This document shows, in pieces, positions 51,057 through 61,617 of a stretch of 64,000 nt of DNA. A program made the position numbers and the translations under genes. The DNA is from Candidatus Helarchaeota archaeon (GTDB lineage: Archaea; Asgardarchaeota; Lokiarchaeia; Helarchaeales; RDOG01). Numbering within the stretch: the first letter of the stretch is position 1; each line of letters opens with the position of its first letter. The DNA lies in the NCBI GenBank assembly GCA_019058315.1, contig JAHPZH010000002.1, positions 448,001 through 512,000 of the forward strand. The letters run 5' to 3'. The notes below the pieces were generated by a model, which was not told where the DNA came from, did not search any database, and saw nothing but the letters and a program-made list of their open reading frames with translations.

Positions 51057-51659
51057 TTGTTTAGAATTCCTGATGGAACTGAAATTAGAGCTCTAAGAAT
51101 AAAGGCAAGATTAACACAGACTGAATTAGCCAAAAAAGCAGGTGTAAGTCAATCACTTATCGCTAGAAAATAAAAGAAAAAAATTATTCTTTTATCTAGA
51201 ATTGAAACTGGAAGTGTTGATGCTCGTCTATCTACAATAAAAAAAATTTTAACAGCAATAGAAATGACTCTAATAGAGGATGAGGTCGTGGCAATTAGTT
51301 ATTCTACAAAAAATGTAACGCTCATTCGTGGAGATAAAACCGTTAATGAAGCTGCAAAAATTATGTCTGATAAGGGGATTTCTCAAATGCCAGTAATTAA
51401 TGAACAAGATAAAACTATAGGTTCGATAAAAGAAAAAACTATCATTAATAAACTTCTCCAAAATGGTCAAGAAATCTTAAATAATAAAATAGAATCAATA
51501 ATGGAGCCAAAAATACCAGAAATGCCGATAACTACAACCATCGAAGAAGCAAAGAAGATGTTATTACAACATGATGCGATTTTACTCACAAATGAAGAAG
51601 GTATCAAAGGAATTTTAACAAAAATCGATATAATCAAAGCTTATAGTAAAAAAGTTTAA
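51057..51659 (+). CDS. XRE-HTH plus tandem CBS transcription regulator (COG3620-like); join(51057..51168,51202..51659), 189 aa if spliced
   Basis: GGAGG SD and TTG start. MFRIPDGTEIRALRIKARLTQTELAKKAGVSQSLIAR continues, after a 33-nt insert, as IETGSVDARLSTIKKI into the CBS domains (GISQMPV, GILTKIDII) in the same frame. Confidence 0.85.
51169..51201 (+). other. Putative BHB (tRNA-type) intron in mRNA
   Basis: Outer helix UCG/UGA, central helix CUAG/CUAG, bulges AA^A and AA^U, inner helix AUAAAAGAA/UUCUUUUAU. Contains an in-frame TAA. Confidence 0.75.
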
Positions 51660-51787
51660 TTTAAGTTGAAGTTTTAAATAGAATTTTCAATAATAATAGA
51701 AAAATTAAATAAAATTAATATTCTTTCAAAAACTTTGATTAATATAATTTCCATAAAAAACTCAATTTAAAAGATAAAGTGAAAATT

Positions 51788-52549
51788 TTGAGCAATACAG
51801 AAAAAAAAGAAGAAGAACAAGAAGAAGAAAAAGAAGAAGAAGAAATTAAGCCTGAAGCAAAAATTTCACCTTTAGAAATTAAAATATTAAATGAATTACA
51901 AATATTACAATTTCTAGATAACATTATAGAAGACTCCCTTCTATATATTTACAATAAAACAGTTAAATATTTTCAAAAGGATATGGAAAATTTTATTGAA
52001 AACTCTGAATCTGAGTTAAGAGATGTTTGGAGGGACAATAAGAAAGAATTTGAAAATATATATACATTTTCTGAAGAATTTGCAAAAAAAAATGGAATTA
52101 AAAGATCACTACAAAAAGAAACCTTAATTTATTCAATTCCCATTTATGCTATAGTTATTGGATTTACATTTATTATTTATCTTTTTCCTCAGTTATTTTC
52201 TATAACACAAGAGTTTATGATGTATATTCTCTTTATACCTTTCCTCTTTCTTTGTATAACCAATTCAATAGTTTCAAGAATGGTAATCAATAAAAGAATG
52301 AAATTTCGAGATGAAAAAAGCCCTATATTAAAAGAACAAATAAAAGATTCTATAGAAAGTATTCGAAATGTAAATCAAATTATTATTAATGATATTAAGG
52401 ATCTCATATTAGAAAATGAATTCGTACCATCAAAATTTAAAGCTTATTTATATAATAAAGAATATGAAAATATCAAGGTATTAGAAACCAAAGAGCAACA
52501 TAAAATTCCAATACACCTTATTGGAATCGATGTTGATCAAAATCCATGA
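51788..52549 (+). CDS. 2-TM hypothetical protein with acidic N-terminus
   Basis: Poly-E N-terminus and two hydrophobic helices; TTG start after GTGA. Confidence 0.68.
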   Translation: MSNTEKKEEEQEEEKEEEEIKPEAKISPLEIKILNELQILQFLDNIIEDSLLYIYNKTVKYFQKDMENFIENSESELRDVWRDNKKEFENIYTFSEEFAKKNGIKRSLQKETLIYSIPIYAIVIGFTFIIYLFPQLFSITQEFMMYILFIPFLFLCITNSIVSRMVINKRMKFRDEKSPILKEQIKDSIESIRNVNQIIINDIKDLILENEFVPSKFKAYLYNKEYENIKVLETKEQHKIPIHLIGIDVDQNP

Positions 52550-52571
52550 ATAAATAAAGAAATTGATAGAA

Positions 52572-52883
52572 ATGTCTAATGAAATAGAAGTCAAATATAA
52601 AATCTTAAGTGAACATCTTATCTGGGTAGATGAAACACTAATAGATGAGTTAATTAGTTTTTTAGAAGAAAAATTAGGTTCTAATGTTGTAATATCCCGA
52701 GATAAAAATTTTGTTTTAATAGGTTTATCGAAAGATCATGATCTTTCTAAAAGAACTTTAAAAGTATATATTAAAAGGTTCTTACATAAATATGAATTAC
52801 TTGATAGGTTAAGAGTAATATCTGGTGACGAAGAAAGTTATATAATTCATAAACGAAGAGGTATCGAAGTTACACGCTTTTAA
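52572..52883 (+). CDS. rpl22e: Ribosomal protein eL22 (Asgard eukaryotic signature protein)
   Basis: LSKRTLKVYIKRFLHKYELLDRLRVIS..ESY parallels eL22 FSKRYLKYLTKKYLKK..LRDWLRVVA..ESY. Confidence 0.82.
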   Translation: MSNEIEVKYKILSEHLIWVDETLIDELISFLEEKLGSNVVISRDKNFVLIGLSKDHDLSKRTLKVYIKRFLHKYELLDRLRVISGDEESYIIHKRRGIEVTRF

Positions 52884-53001
52884 TGCTAAAGACTTTTTAA
52901 TATAAAAATACAATTTTTTTGCTATAAATTTTACATATCATTAATATATATACAAAATTGGAATTGTATTGATTATCTAGTTTTCTTTTAGGAGGCTCAG
53001 A

Positions 53002-54135
53002 TTGGAAAGACGAAAAATTAGAAAAGAAGAAGAAAAGGAAAGAGAAAGGAAGAAAAAGGAATTAAAGAAATCTTTCCACAAAACCGAAAAAGGCAAAACA
53101 AGATCTGGCCTATCTAAGGTAACAGCAGCTAAAATAATTATCATTTTAGCAATTATTATTACTCCAATTGTCATTTTTTTTGTCTATCAATATTTTGAAA
53201 CCGAAAAAAAACCTCAATATTCATTTCTAACAGAAGGTGACTATGTATATGGAACCTGGTTGGACGGAAATGAATTAAATTTCACACATATTAAAAGTAC
53301 AATTGCATTTGCAGGTACCCCTGAATTTATGAATATGGAACTATCCGATAGTTATCCATATGATTCTAATTTATACAAAGCTCAGTTAAAAAGCACTTTT
53401 CATTCAGCCATAGCAATTCCATATGACGTTCATCCCCATGATCACCATGAAGATCCTGATTGTTATGTTGAATTTGCGGTTGGATTCATCCACAATGTAC
53501 CTAATGTGTTTTATGTCTTAAGAAGAGCTGGTGGGGTAGTTTATCCTTCCGTATTAGAATGGAATTATATTTTAAATGGAACCGATTTGGAAACTTTAAC
53601 TTCAGAACAAGAATATTACTTTTTCAATCCTATAATCACTGTAGACCCCTCAAATAGAGAACTAAAAGTATCTACTGATGTTGAGATCCATGTTGTAATC
53701 AATATAACTGCTGGATATTATAATAGCCTCGGAATAACTGAAATGAATATGGTATTTAAAGATAATAAAAATTTAACATTTAAAGATGCAGAAGTTTTTA
53801 TTGGGGGACTAAGTGGAAGACCTGGATATTATTCTTTTAAATCAAGGAAAGGTAGGGTTAGTGCATTTAATTCAATGTATTTAGATTTTAATATTACTGT
53901 AAATTCAAATCAAAGCTTTACAAGTGAAGATATTTTATCCTCAGGGAGTCTATCTTTCCAATTTAAGAACAAATTATTACAAGACATATATACTTCAAGA
54001 CGTTTTGGGTCTCTAAAGCTTAATGTATTAGGAATACCAGATGAAGATCAAATTGAGGCATTTATATATATGATCAGACAAAAACATCTTAATTTTCATA
54101 TCGATATTCCTCTTAATTTTAGTTGTACTGTTTAA
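53002..54135 (+). CDS. Single-pass membrane protein with beta-rich extracellular domain
   Basis: Basic N-terminus, one TM helix, multiple N-x-S/T sequons; GGAGG SD. Confidence 0.68.
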   Translation: MERRKIRKEEEKERERKKKELKKSFHKTEKGKTRSGLSKVTAAKIIIILAIIITPIVIFFVYQYFETEKKPQYSFLTEGDYVYGTWLDGNELNFTHIKSTIAFAGTPEFMNMELSDSYPYDSNLYKAQLKSTFHSAIAIPYDVHPHDHHEDPDCYVEFAVGFIHNVPNVFYVLRRAGGVVYPSVLEWNYILNGTDLETLTSEQEYYFFNPIITVDPSNRELKVSTDVEIHVVINITAGYYNSLGITEMNMVFKDNKNLTFKDAEVFIGGLSGRPGYYSFKSRKGRVSAFNSMYLDFNITVNSNQSFTSEDILSSGSLSFQFKNKLLQDIYTSRRFGSLKLNVLGIPDEDQIEAFIYMIRQKHLNFHIDIPLNFSCTV

Positions 54136-54144
54136 CAATCTCAT

Positions 54145-54972
54145 TTAAACTAGAGGATGAGCATAACAGTAAATACAGGCATGTTTACAAATTTGTTCAT
54201 TATAATTTCCAATATCCCTACTTTTTGTACAACCACAACCTTCACGTGTTGGGGTTTTCGCTGTTGAGCATTTCTCTTTGAAAAGTTTACTAAGATAATT
54301 TCCATCTATACAATGTGCTGAATATATATTAGGGATTTTAGCTAAATCAGGATTACAGCAAGAATACATTCGAATACCCAAATTTTTGCAAAGTTGCGCC
54401 ATAGGCTCAATAATTTTTATTTTTTCTTTTAGGGTAGGATCATAATATTCAAGTCCAAATTTCTTCGAGCGATTTATACTTTTTTTATACCAATTTGCAA
54501 AACTAAACACACAATTATTTATACCAAGATCTCCCACATGTTTTATAATAGTCTCAAAACTGTTTAAATTATTCTTTAATTCATTTTCCCCGCTTTCACG
54601 CCAAAATACTATTGGATCAAATCTATATTCTATATATTCAGGTCCATATTCTGCAACAAGTTGATTTAATTGATCTAGTCTTTTATCTAAACTAATTACA
54701 TTAGGTTCCCAACGCTTACAATTATTAATAGTAAATATAAAAAAGAGGTTATAATCATCAAATTCAGAAGAATTTTTCAAAAACTTTCCGAAATCCTTAC
54801 TCCAAAAAACGATTGAATGGACATCTGATTTTTTTAATGAAACTTTATATTTTTGAGTAGGATAAAAAGGATTCTTAACCATCACATAACCTTGATGTAT
54901 CTTTTCCAAGAACCAATCAAGATAAAATGCCGGAATATCAGTTCTTCTTGAAGCACTAATTATAGATTTCAT
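54145..54972 (-). CDS. DUF1848 family protein (radical SAM/SplB-related)
   Basis: IISASRRTDIPAFY, IVFWSK, YRFDPI, GCGCTKSRDIG..CKHACIYCYA. Confidence 0.92.
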   Translation of the reverse strand: MKSIISASRRTDIPAFYLDWFLEKIHQGYVMVKNPFYPTQKYKVSLKKSDVHSIVFWSKDFGKFLKNSSEFDDYNLFFIFTINNCKRWEPNVISLDKRLDQLNQLVAEYGPEYIEYRFDPIVFWRESGENELKNNLNSFETIIKHVGDLGINNCVFSFANWYKKSINRSKKFGLEYYDPTLKEKIKIIEPMAQLCKNLGIRMYSCCNPDLAKIPNIYSAHCIDGNYLSKLFKEKCSTAKTPTREGCGCTKSRDIGNYNEQICKHACIYCYAHPLV

Positions 54973-54990
54973 TTCTAATTATATTTAGCC

Positions 54991-55566
54991 TTATAAATTT
55001 AAAAAATTTTGAATTATTTTCATTCCATGTGGAATTGTTAGGATTGATTCGGGATGAAACTGAACACCTTCCATTTTATATTTTTTATGTCGTACTCCCA
55101 TAATTGTGCCGTCTTCTGCCTTGGCTGAAATCTCTAACGAATCAGGGAGGGATTCTTCCCAAGCAGCTAAACTATGATATCGCGTAGCTTCAAATGGTTT
55201 CGGTAATTCCTTAAAAATTGTCTTACCATCATGATAGATCTTTGCCAGTTCACCATGAATTGGACCAACTCTGGCTCTATCTACTATACCTCCCATTGCC
55301 TCGACAATGACTTGTAACCCAAGACATACACCAAATATTGGAATTTTTTTATAGAATTTTTCTATAATGGGGATGACATTTCCTGTATCTGTTCTAGGAT
55401 GTCCTGGTCCTGGACTGATTACAATTCTATCGGGATTAAATTCTTCGAGTTCTTCAATTGTAATTTCATTATTTACTACAACAACATTACAATCATTTTG
55501 TAAGAAATAGTCTACAATAATATATACAAATGAATCGTTATTGTTTATAAAAAGAACCTTATTCAT
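54991..55566 (-). CDS. trpG: Anthranilate synthase component II
   Basis: NNDSFVY, ISPGPG, GVCLGLQ, TRYHSL, QFHPES. Confidence 0.95.
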   Translation of the reverse strand: MNKVLFINNNDSFVYIIVDYFLQNDCNVVVVNNEITIEELEEFNPDRIVISPGPGHPRTDTGNVIPIIEKFYKKIPIFGVCLGLQVIVEAMGGIVDRARVGPIHGELAKIYHDGKTIFKELPKPFEATRYHSLAAWEESLPDSLEISAKAEDGTIMGVRHKKYKMEGVQFHPESILTIPHGMKIIQNFLNL

Positions 55567-57049
55567 GTTTGACTTCCTCCGCCATTTTTACTGCTTGTAG
55601 AATAGATTTTAATTTATTTTCAGTCTCAAACCACTCATTAACTGGTTGGGAATGCTTGACTATTCCTCCGCCTGCTTGAGCTGTTATTTCTGTCTCATTT
55701 AAATATAAAGTCCTAATGGTTATTGCCCAATCACAATCTCCATTAAGAGAACAATAACCTACTACACCTGCATAAGGTCCTCGGGGTTCTTTTTCTAATT
55801 CGTTTATAATTTCCATGGCTCGTAATTTTGGAGCACCACTCACCGTTCCCGCAGGGAACATGCTTTTTAGAATTTCAAAACTGGAAATTTTATCTCTTTT
55901 TATGCTATTTAGTGTTGTAATGATATGCATTACATTTCTGAATCTTTTAATTTTCATAAAATCTATGGGTTCAACTGTACCTGGCTTTGATACTTTGGCA
56001 AGATCGTTTCTAGCTAAATCAACAAGCATAACATGCTCCGCTCTCTCCTTAATATCGTTTAATAACTCTAGTTCTAAGGCTTTATCTTCTTCTGGAGTAT
56101 TTCCTCTTTTTCTTGTGCCTGCTATTGGAACAGTAGAAATCTTATCATTATCTATTGTAACGAGTGCTTCTGGGGAGCTGCCTATAATTCTAATTTTACC
56201 AAAGTTCAGGTAATACATATATGGGCTGGGATTTATTTGTCTCAAGGCACCATAAATATCCATATCATGGGTTTCTGACTTTACTCTCAGTTTTCTAGAA
56301 AGAACTGATTGAATTATATCTCCTGAATAAATATAATCTTTAATTTTTTCAATCATTTTAAAATATTCAATTTCGCTAACATTTGATACTATGTTAGATG
56401 TGCCATTCATTGAGACTTTTGGATAATTGATAGGCTTTGAAGGTTTATATTTTTTCAAACTTCGAATAAGTCTCTCAGGGGGCTTATATCCATTTTTTAA
56501 GGCATTTTCAATAAAATAGAGTTTATTTGTTTTATGATTAAAAATTAAGACCTTTGTATGCATTCCGACCATGACATCTGGAAATTTAGATTTTTTGGTA
56601 TAACCTACCCACTCATTTACAATATCATAACCTATATAACCAAGATAACCTCCATAAAATACATTTCTTGGAAATATTTCATAAAATCCATGCTCTTCTA
56701 AAGGTGTAAGTGTTTCTAATAAATCTAAAGCTTTAACATTATAAACGACTTTATCAGTGAAGTTATCATAATGTTTAGATTTGTCCAAATTCTCACTAGA
56801 TTCTAAAAAGGCTTTTATAGTTTCGCCTTTTTCCGTCTTCAATTCTTTAAATTTGTATTTGTTATTTTTTATTTCAAGAATATAATCAGGTTCAAGACAT
56901 ATGAAACTAAAAAGCAATTCTTTACTCTCTTCTTGAACTGATTCTAGGAAAAAACTTTGTTTTAACTCTAAATCATAGTTTAAGTGCTTAAAAAGTGAGT
57001 ATATATCTGAAAACGTTCCAAGAGTTTCAATATGAAAATTAAATTCCAT
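55559..57049 (-). CDS. trpE: Anthranilate synthase component I
   Basis: NPSPYMYY, SSPEAL, PIAGTRKRG, EHVMLVDLARND, PAGTVSGAPK. Confidence 0.95.
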   Translation of the reverse strand: MEFNFHIETLGTFSDIYSLFKHLNYDLELKQSFFLESVQEESKELLFSFICLEPDYILEIKNNKYKFKELKTEKGETIKAFLESSENLDKSKHYDNFTDKVVYNVKALDLLETLTPLEEHGFYEIFPRNVFYGGYLGYIGYDIVNEWVGYTKKSKFPDVMVGMHTKVLIFNHKTNKLYFIENALKNGYKPPERLIRSLKKYKPSKPINYPKVSMNGTSNIVSNVSEIEYFKMIEKIKDYIYSGDIIQSVLSRKLRVKSETHDMDIYGALRQINPSPYMYYLNFGKIRIIGSSPEALVTIDNDKISTVPIAGTRKRGNTPEEDKALELELLNDIKERAEHVMLVDLARNDLAKVSKPGTVEPIDFMKIKRFRNVMHIITTLNSIKRDKISSFEILKSMFPAGTVSGAPKLRAMEIINELEKEPRGPYAGVVGYCSLNGDCDWAITIRTLYLNETEITAQAGGGIVKHSQPVNEWFETENKLKSILQAVKMAEEVKHE

Positions 57050-57050
57050 T

Positions 57051-57863
57051 TTAAAGTCCCTCCTTTTTTGTAGCTTTTTTTAATTCTTTAATATATTTGC
57101 CTATTTTCTCTAAAGCATTATCTAAATCATTTAGATTATTTTCTAATATTTTTATAATGGCGGAGCCTACAATCATTCCATGCGCTCCTATTTTTAATAA
57201 TTCTCTTATATGTTCAGCCTTACTAATTCCAAAACCAACTGCTATAGGAAGATTCGTGATGGGAAGAAGGTGTAATAAACTCTCTGCAGTTATTTTTTCT
57301 AAGTTTTTTCGAGCACCAGTTGTTCCTAGAACTGCCATAAAATATATGAATCCTCCAGCAACTTCTAAAATTTTATGAAAACGAGCTTCATTTGTAGTTG
57401 GTGTTACCATAAAAATAATGTGGACATCATTTTTTTTAGCAAAATCTAATGCTGGAGCTGCTTCTTCAATAGGTAAGTCTGGGATAACTATACCTTGTAT
57501 CCCTGATTTTTTAGCATCACTGAAGAATTTCGACAAACCTCTTTGGAGTACCAAATTATAGTAGGTTAAAAATACTAGTGGGATATTTGTGAATTTTCGT
57601 ATTTTTTCAACTAATTCGAAGGCAATATCAGTATTCATACCATAATTTAAAGCTCTCTGAGACGAAGCCTGAATTGTTGGACCATCAGCTATTGGATCTG
57701 AAAAAGGTATGCCTAACTCTATTATATCTGCCCCGTTTTCTTCTAGAATTTTCACGAGCTTTAATGAATAATCTAGGTTAGGATCGCCCAATGTTATAAA
57801 AGGTATAAAAACTCCTTCGCCCTTTTCGTTTAAATCTCTAAAAACTTTATCAATAGAATTCAT
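57051..57863 (-). CDS. trpA: Tryptophan synthase alpha chain
   Basis: IELGIPFSDPIADGPTIQ, PDLP, VGFGIS, IVGSA. Confidence 0.97.
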   Translation of the reverse strand: MNSIDKVFRDLNEKGEGVFIPFITLGDPNLDYSLKLVKILEENGADIIELGIPFSDPIADGPTIQASSQRALNYGMNTDIAFELVEKIRKFTNIPLVFLTYYNLVLQRGLSKFFSDAKKSGIQGIVIPDLPIEEAAPALDFAKKNDVHIIFMVTPTTNEARFHKILEVAGGFIYFMAVLGTTGARKNLEKITAESLLHLLPITNLPIAVGFGISKAEHIRELLKIGAHGMIVGSAIIKILENNLNDLDNALEKIGKYIKELKKATKKEGL

Positions 57864-59066
57864 TTACAGATCTCCCATAAATTGTTGTACAATACCTAAA
57901 TCTTTTCCCCCATGTCCTGAAAGATTTAGTACAACAATATCGTTTTTATCAAATTTATCTGCAATTTTAACTAGATAAGCTAATGCGTGGGCAGGTTCTA
58001 AAGCAGGGATAATTCCTTCAGTTTTGGATAATAGATTAAATGCTGAAAGTGCTTCTTCATCAGTTGCCATGCCAGTTTTAAGTCGTTTAATCTCCTTTAA
58101 AAAACAATGTTCAGGGCCAACACCCGGATAATCTAAACCTGCACTAACACTATAGCTAGTTTTTATTTGGCCATATTTATCTTGCAAGACCTTTATATGA
58201 GCACCATGAAAAACTCCATTAGTTCCCAAATTTAAACTTGCACCAGTCATATTGGGATCATTTTTCTTTCCTTCAGCTTCGACGCCATATAGATCGACTG
58301 ATTGATCTTCAATGAAATCATAAAAAGCTCCAATAGCATTACTTCCACCCCCAATACAAGCAAAAATTGCATTAGGTAATTTATTTTCTTTTTCTAATAT
58401 TTGTTTTTTTATTTCTTTACCAATTATTCTTTGAAATTCTCTTACAATTAATGGATATGGATGAAAACCTACTACTGAACCAATTAAATAATATGTAGTT
58501 TGAACATTTGTAATCCAATCTCGCAAAGCTTCATTGATAGCATCTTTTAATGTCTGACTGCCGCTTGTAACAGTTCTAATTTTGGCTCCCAGTAGTTTCA
58601 TTCTTAATACATTATATTTCTGTCGTTCTACATCTTCAGCTCCCATGTAAATCTCTGTCGGAAATCCAAAAAATGCACCTACAATTGCAGTTGCAAACCC
58701 GTGTTGACCAGCACCAGTTTCAGCAATTAGTCTTTTCTTTCCCATTTTTTTAGCTAAAAGGGCTTGACCGAGAGTATTATTGATTTTATGAGCTCCACCG
58801 TGGAGCAAATCTTCTCTTTTTAAATATATTTTACATTTTAATTTTTCACTCAGTCGTTTGGCATAATATAAGGGAGTAGGGCGTCCCGCATAATCTTTTA
58901 ATAATAAATTTAGTTCCTTTTGAAATTTATCAGTGTAGAAAAGCGAGTTAAATGCTTTTTCCAACTCTTCTGCAGCTGGCATTAATACTTCCGGTGTAAA
59001 CATTCCTCCAAATTTGCCAAACTTTCCATGTTCATCTGGATATTTGTTATAATATTCAAGATTCAT
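57864..59066 (-). CDS. trpB: Tryptophan synthase beta chain (TrpB1)
   Basis: [44 protein letters not shown]. Confidence 0.97.
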   Translation of the reverse strand: MNLEYYNKYPDEHGKFGKFGGMFTPEVLMPAAEELEKAFNSLFYTDKFQKELNLLLKDYAGRPTPLYYAKRLSEKLKCKIYLKREDLLHGGAHKINNTLGQALLAKKMGKKRLIAETGAGQHGFATAIVGAFFGFPTEIYMGAEDVERQKYNVLRMKLLGAKIRTVTSGSQTLKDAINEALRDWITNVQTTYYLIGSVVGFHPYPLIVREFQRIIGKEIKKQILEKENKLPNAIFACIGGGSNAIGAFYDFIEDQSVDLYGVEAEGKKNDPNMTGASLNLGTNGVFHGAHIKVLQDKYGQIKTSYSVSAGLDYPGVGPEHCFLKEIKRLKTGMATDEEALSAFNLLSKTEGIIPALEPAHALAYLVKIADKFDKNDIVVLNLSGHGGKDLGIVQQFMGDL

Positions 59067-59731
59067 AAATTTGCCTCCTTAATTTTATGGATAAAATTAA
59101 TTATTTTATTAGGGTCTTTAATACCCGGAGATTGTTCCACTCCACTTGAAATATCTACAGCGTAAGGGTTTACAATATTTATAGCTTCAACAATATTATT
59201 TTCATTCAAACCTCCAGCTAAAATAAGTGGAATGTCTATATTATCCCTTACTTTTCTTGCAAGGTTCCAATCTATAGTTGAACCTGTTCCCCCTAACTTA
59301 TTTGGGATATACTTATCAATTAAAATTGCGTCTGAGTATTTTTGAAGAATTTTTGCTGCATTTAATGGTTTTTTATCTAAAATTTGTGACTCATTTTGCT
59401 TATTTACTGGCAAACCATTAATTATTTTTGTTGTGACTCTATTTTTAGTTTCTTTATAGAAAATTTCTTCAAAAAAACCGTGAATTTGAATTGCATCAGG
59501 ATGAACTTGTTTTTCAATTAACAAAATGTCATCAATTGAATTAGGAACTATGACAGCTACACTTGTAATAAATGGAGGGATCTTACTAAATAATTCATCT
59601 GCTTTTTGTTGTGAAATATTTCTTGGTGATTTTTCAACATTAATCACAGATCCTATAGCGTGATAACCTTCATTTATTGCTAATTTCAAATCAGTTTCGT
59701 TTTTTATACCGCAAATTTTAACTCTAACCAT
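59063..59731 (-). CDS. trpF: Phosphoribosylanthranilate isomerase
   Basis: [28 protein letters not shown]. Confidence 0.96.
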   Translation of the reverse strand: MVRVKICGIKNETDLKLAINEGYHAIGSVINVEKSPRNISQQKADELFSKIPPFITSVAVIVPNSIDDILLIEKQVHPDAIQIHGFFEEIFYKETKNRVTTKIINGLPVNKQNESQILDKKPLNAAKILQKYSDAILIDKYIPNKLGGTGSTIDWNLARKVRDNIDIPLILAGGLNENNIVEAINIVNPYAVDISSGVEQSPGIKDPNKIINFIHKIKEANL

Positions 59732-59732
59732 T

Positions 59733-60509
59733 TTAACTTGGCTCCAATAATTCTTTTAATTTTAATTGAATATCTGGGGCTTCCATTATAGAAGATCCTA
59801 TCAAAAATGCATTTGCTCCTGCTTTTAGCAAATTTTTTATGTCTTGATTTGTATAAATTCCGCTTTCGCTGATTATTATGCTATTCGGAAACCTATTACG
59901 AATTCGTGGTATCATATCCAGTGTAGTTTTTAAATTAACCTTTAGAGTTTCTAAATTTCGGTTATTTATTCCAATAATTTTAGGCTCTATTCCTTGAATT
60001 CTATTAAGATCCTCAGTATCATGAATTTCCATTAATACTTCTAAGTTAAGCGAAATAGCGAGGTTATACAATTCTTGAAGAAGTTCGTTTGATAACATTT
60101 TCACAATGAGAAGAATTACGTTCGCTCCTAATTCCATGCCATGATAAATTTGTTTTTTGTGAAAAATGAAATCTTTTAACAGAATCGGTAATGATATACT
60201 CTCTCTAACACGTTCTAAAATCTCAAAACTACCATTAAAATAATTTGGTTCAGTCAATACACTTATTCCCACTACGCCTCCAAGCTCCATTTTTTTTGCC
60301 AAATCTCCTACATTTCTAAAAGAAGAAATACTTCCTTTTGAGGGAGAAGCAAATTTAATTTCTGATATTATTGGATTTTTTTTACTATTTTTTATCCTTT
60401 CAATTAAACTAATCCGTTTGGTATTAATTTGCTCCGGAATTTTATAATTTTTTAGAAAGGAGCTTAAAGTAATTTTCCGGTTTTTTAATATTTTATCCAA
60501 TATATTCAC
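59733..60509 (-). CDS. trpC: Indole-3-glycerol phosphate synthase
   Basis: ISEIKFASPSKG, ISVLTEP, LLKDFI, GINNRNL, ISESGI. Confidence 0.96.
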   Translation of the reverse strand: MNILDKILKNRKITLSSFLKNYKIPEQINTKRISLIERIKNSKKNPIISEIKFASPSKGSISSFRNVGDLAKKMELGGVVGISVLTEPNYFNGSFEILERVRESISLPILLKDFIFHKKQIYHGMELGANVILLIVKMLSNELLQELYNLAISLNLEVLMEIHDTEDLNRIQGIEPKIIGINNRNLETLKVNLKTTLDMIPRIRNRFPNSIIISESGIYTNQDIKNLLKAGANAFLIGSSIMEAPDIQLKLKELLEPS

Positions 60510-61564
60510 AGAAATTGTTCCTCCATTTTTTCTATTTTTTCTAAAGATCCTCCGGAATTTTTAATAAGTTCTTTAAGTTTTTTATATGCATTTCCACTAG
60601 AAATACTCTCCTTAGCTACATCTAGTCCTTCATTTATGGTTTTTGCTTTCTGTCCTACCACTATTCCAGCAGCTGAATTCAATAATACAATATCTGTCTT
60701 TTTTGAACTGTCTCCACTTAGAATTTTTATTGCAATTTTCAAATTTTCATCCAATAATCCTCCTTGAATATCCTTAGGTTCAGCTTTTGGAATTGAAAAA
60801 TCCTTTGGAGAGATATAAAACGTGTTAACCTTATTATTATTTAATTCGGAGATCTTCGTTTTACCCAAAGTCGAAATTTCATCCAAACCTGGCTCGCCAT
60901 GAACAATATATGCCGTATCAGTACCTAATGTTTTTAAAGCATTTGCCATTTTTTCTGTTATATTCGGATCAAAAACTCCTAGAAGTTGTGAATTAGCATT
61001 TGCAGGATTAGTTAAAGGTCCTAAAATATTAAACACGGTTCTCAATCCAATTTCTCTTCTAGGACCAATTGCATATTTCATAGCTGGATGAAATATTGGT
61101 GCAAACATAAAGCCTATTCCATTTTCAATACATTTTTCAACTATTTTAGGTTCTGCATTAATATTAACCCCAAATCCCTCAAGGAGATCAGCGCTCCCAC
61201 ACTTGCTTGTAACAGAACGATTACCATGTTTAGCTATATTAATACCCGCACCTGCAACAATAAATGCCGCGATAGTACTAATATTAAATGTCTTGATTTC
61301 ATCTCCACCAGTTCCGCATGTGTCTACTAAAACTTTATCATATTTTGGATTAATTTTACTGCAAAACTTTCTCATTATTTTGGCAAATGCAGCAATTTCA
61401 CTAAAATTTTCGCCTTTTTGTCTTAATAATACTAAAAAGGCTCCAATTTGTGCTGGAGTAGCTTTTCCAGACATAATTAATTCCATGGCTTGTTCAGCCA
61501 AGTCTGTTTCTAAATCTTTACCATTTGCTAACAAATTTAAGATAAATTTCATATCAGAAGTCAT
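60506..61564 (-). CDS. trpD: Anthranilate phosphoribosyltransferase
   Basis: DTCGTGGD, FNIST, KHGNRSVTSKCGSAD, FNILGPLTNP. GAGGTG SD before the ATG at 61564. Confidence 0.96.
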   Translation of the reverse strand: MTSDMKFILNLLANGKDLETDLAEQAMELIMSGKATPAQIGAFLVLLRQKGENFSEIAAFAKIMRKFCSKINPKYDKVLVDTCGTGGDEIKTFNISTIAAFIVAGAGINIAKHGNRSVTSKCGSADLLEGFGVNINAEPKIVEKCIENGIGFMFAPIFHPAMKYAIGPRREIGLRTVFNILGPLTNPANANSQLLGVFDPNITEKMANALKTLGTDTAYIVHGEPGLDEISTLGKTKISELNNNKVNTFYISPKDFSIPKAEPKDIQGGLLDENLKIAIKILSGDSSKKTDIVLLNSAAGIVVGQKAKTINEGLDVAKESISSGNAYKKLKELIKNSGGSLEKIEKMEEQFL

Positions 61565-61617
61565 AATAATCACCTCAAAATTTTAATTATTAATAAAACC
61601 AATTTCAAATAGCGCAT

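Noticed and set aside
51171-51173. Stop-codon readthrough as the explanation for the split HTH-CBS gene
   Set aside because: The stop is TAA (not Sec/Pyl), and readthrough would leave 11 extra residues inside the recognition helix.
1459-61586. Numerous 60-130 aa ORFs overlapping real genes (e.g. 7701..8045, 26212..26559, 33431..33754, 55815..56213, 61203..61586)
   Set aside because: Antisense or alternate-frame shadows of well-supported genes, with no motifs.
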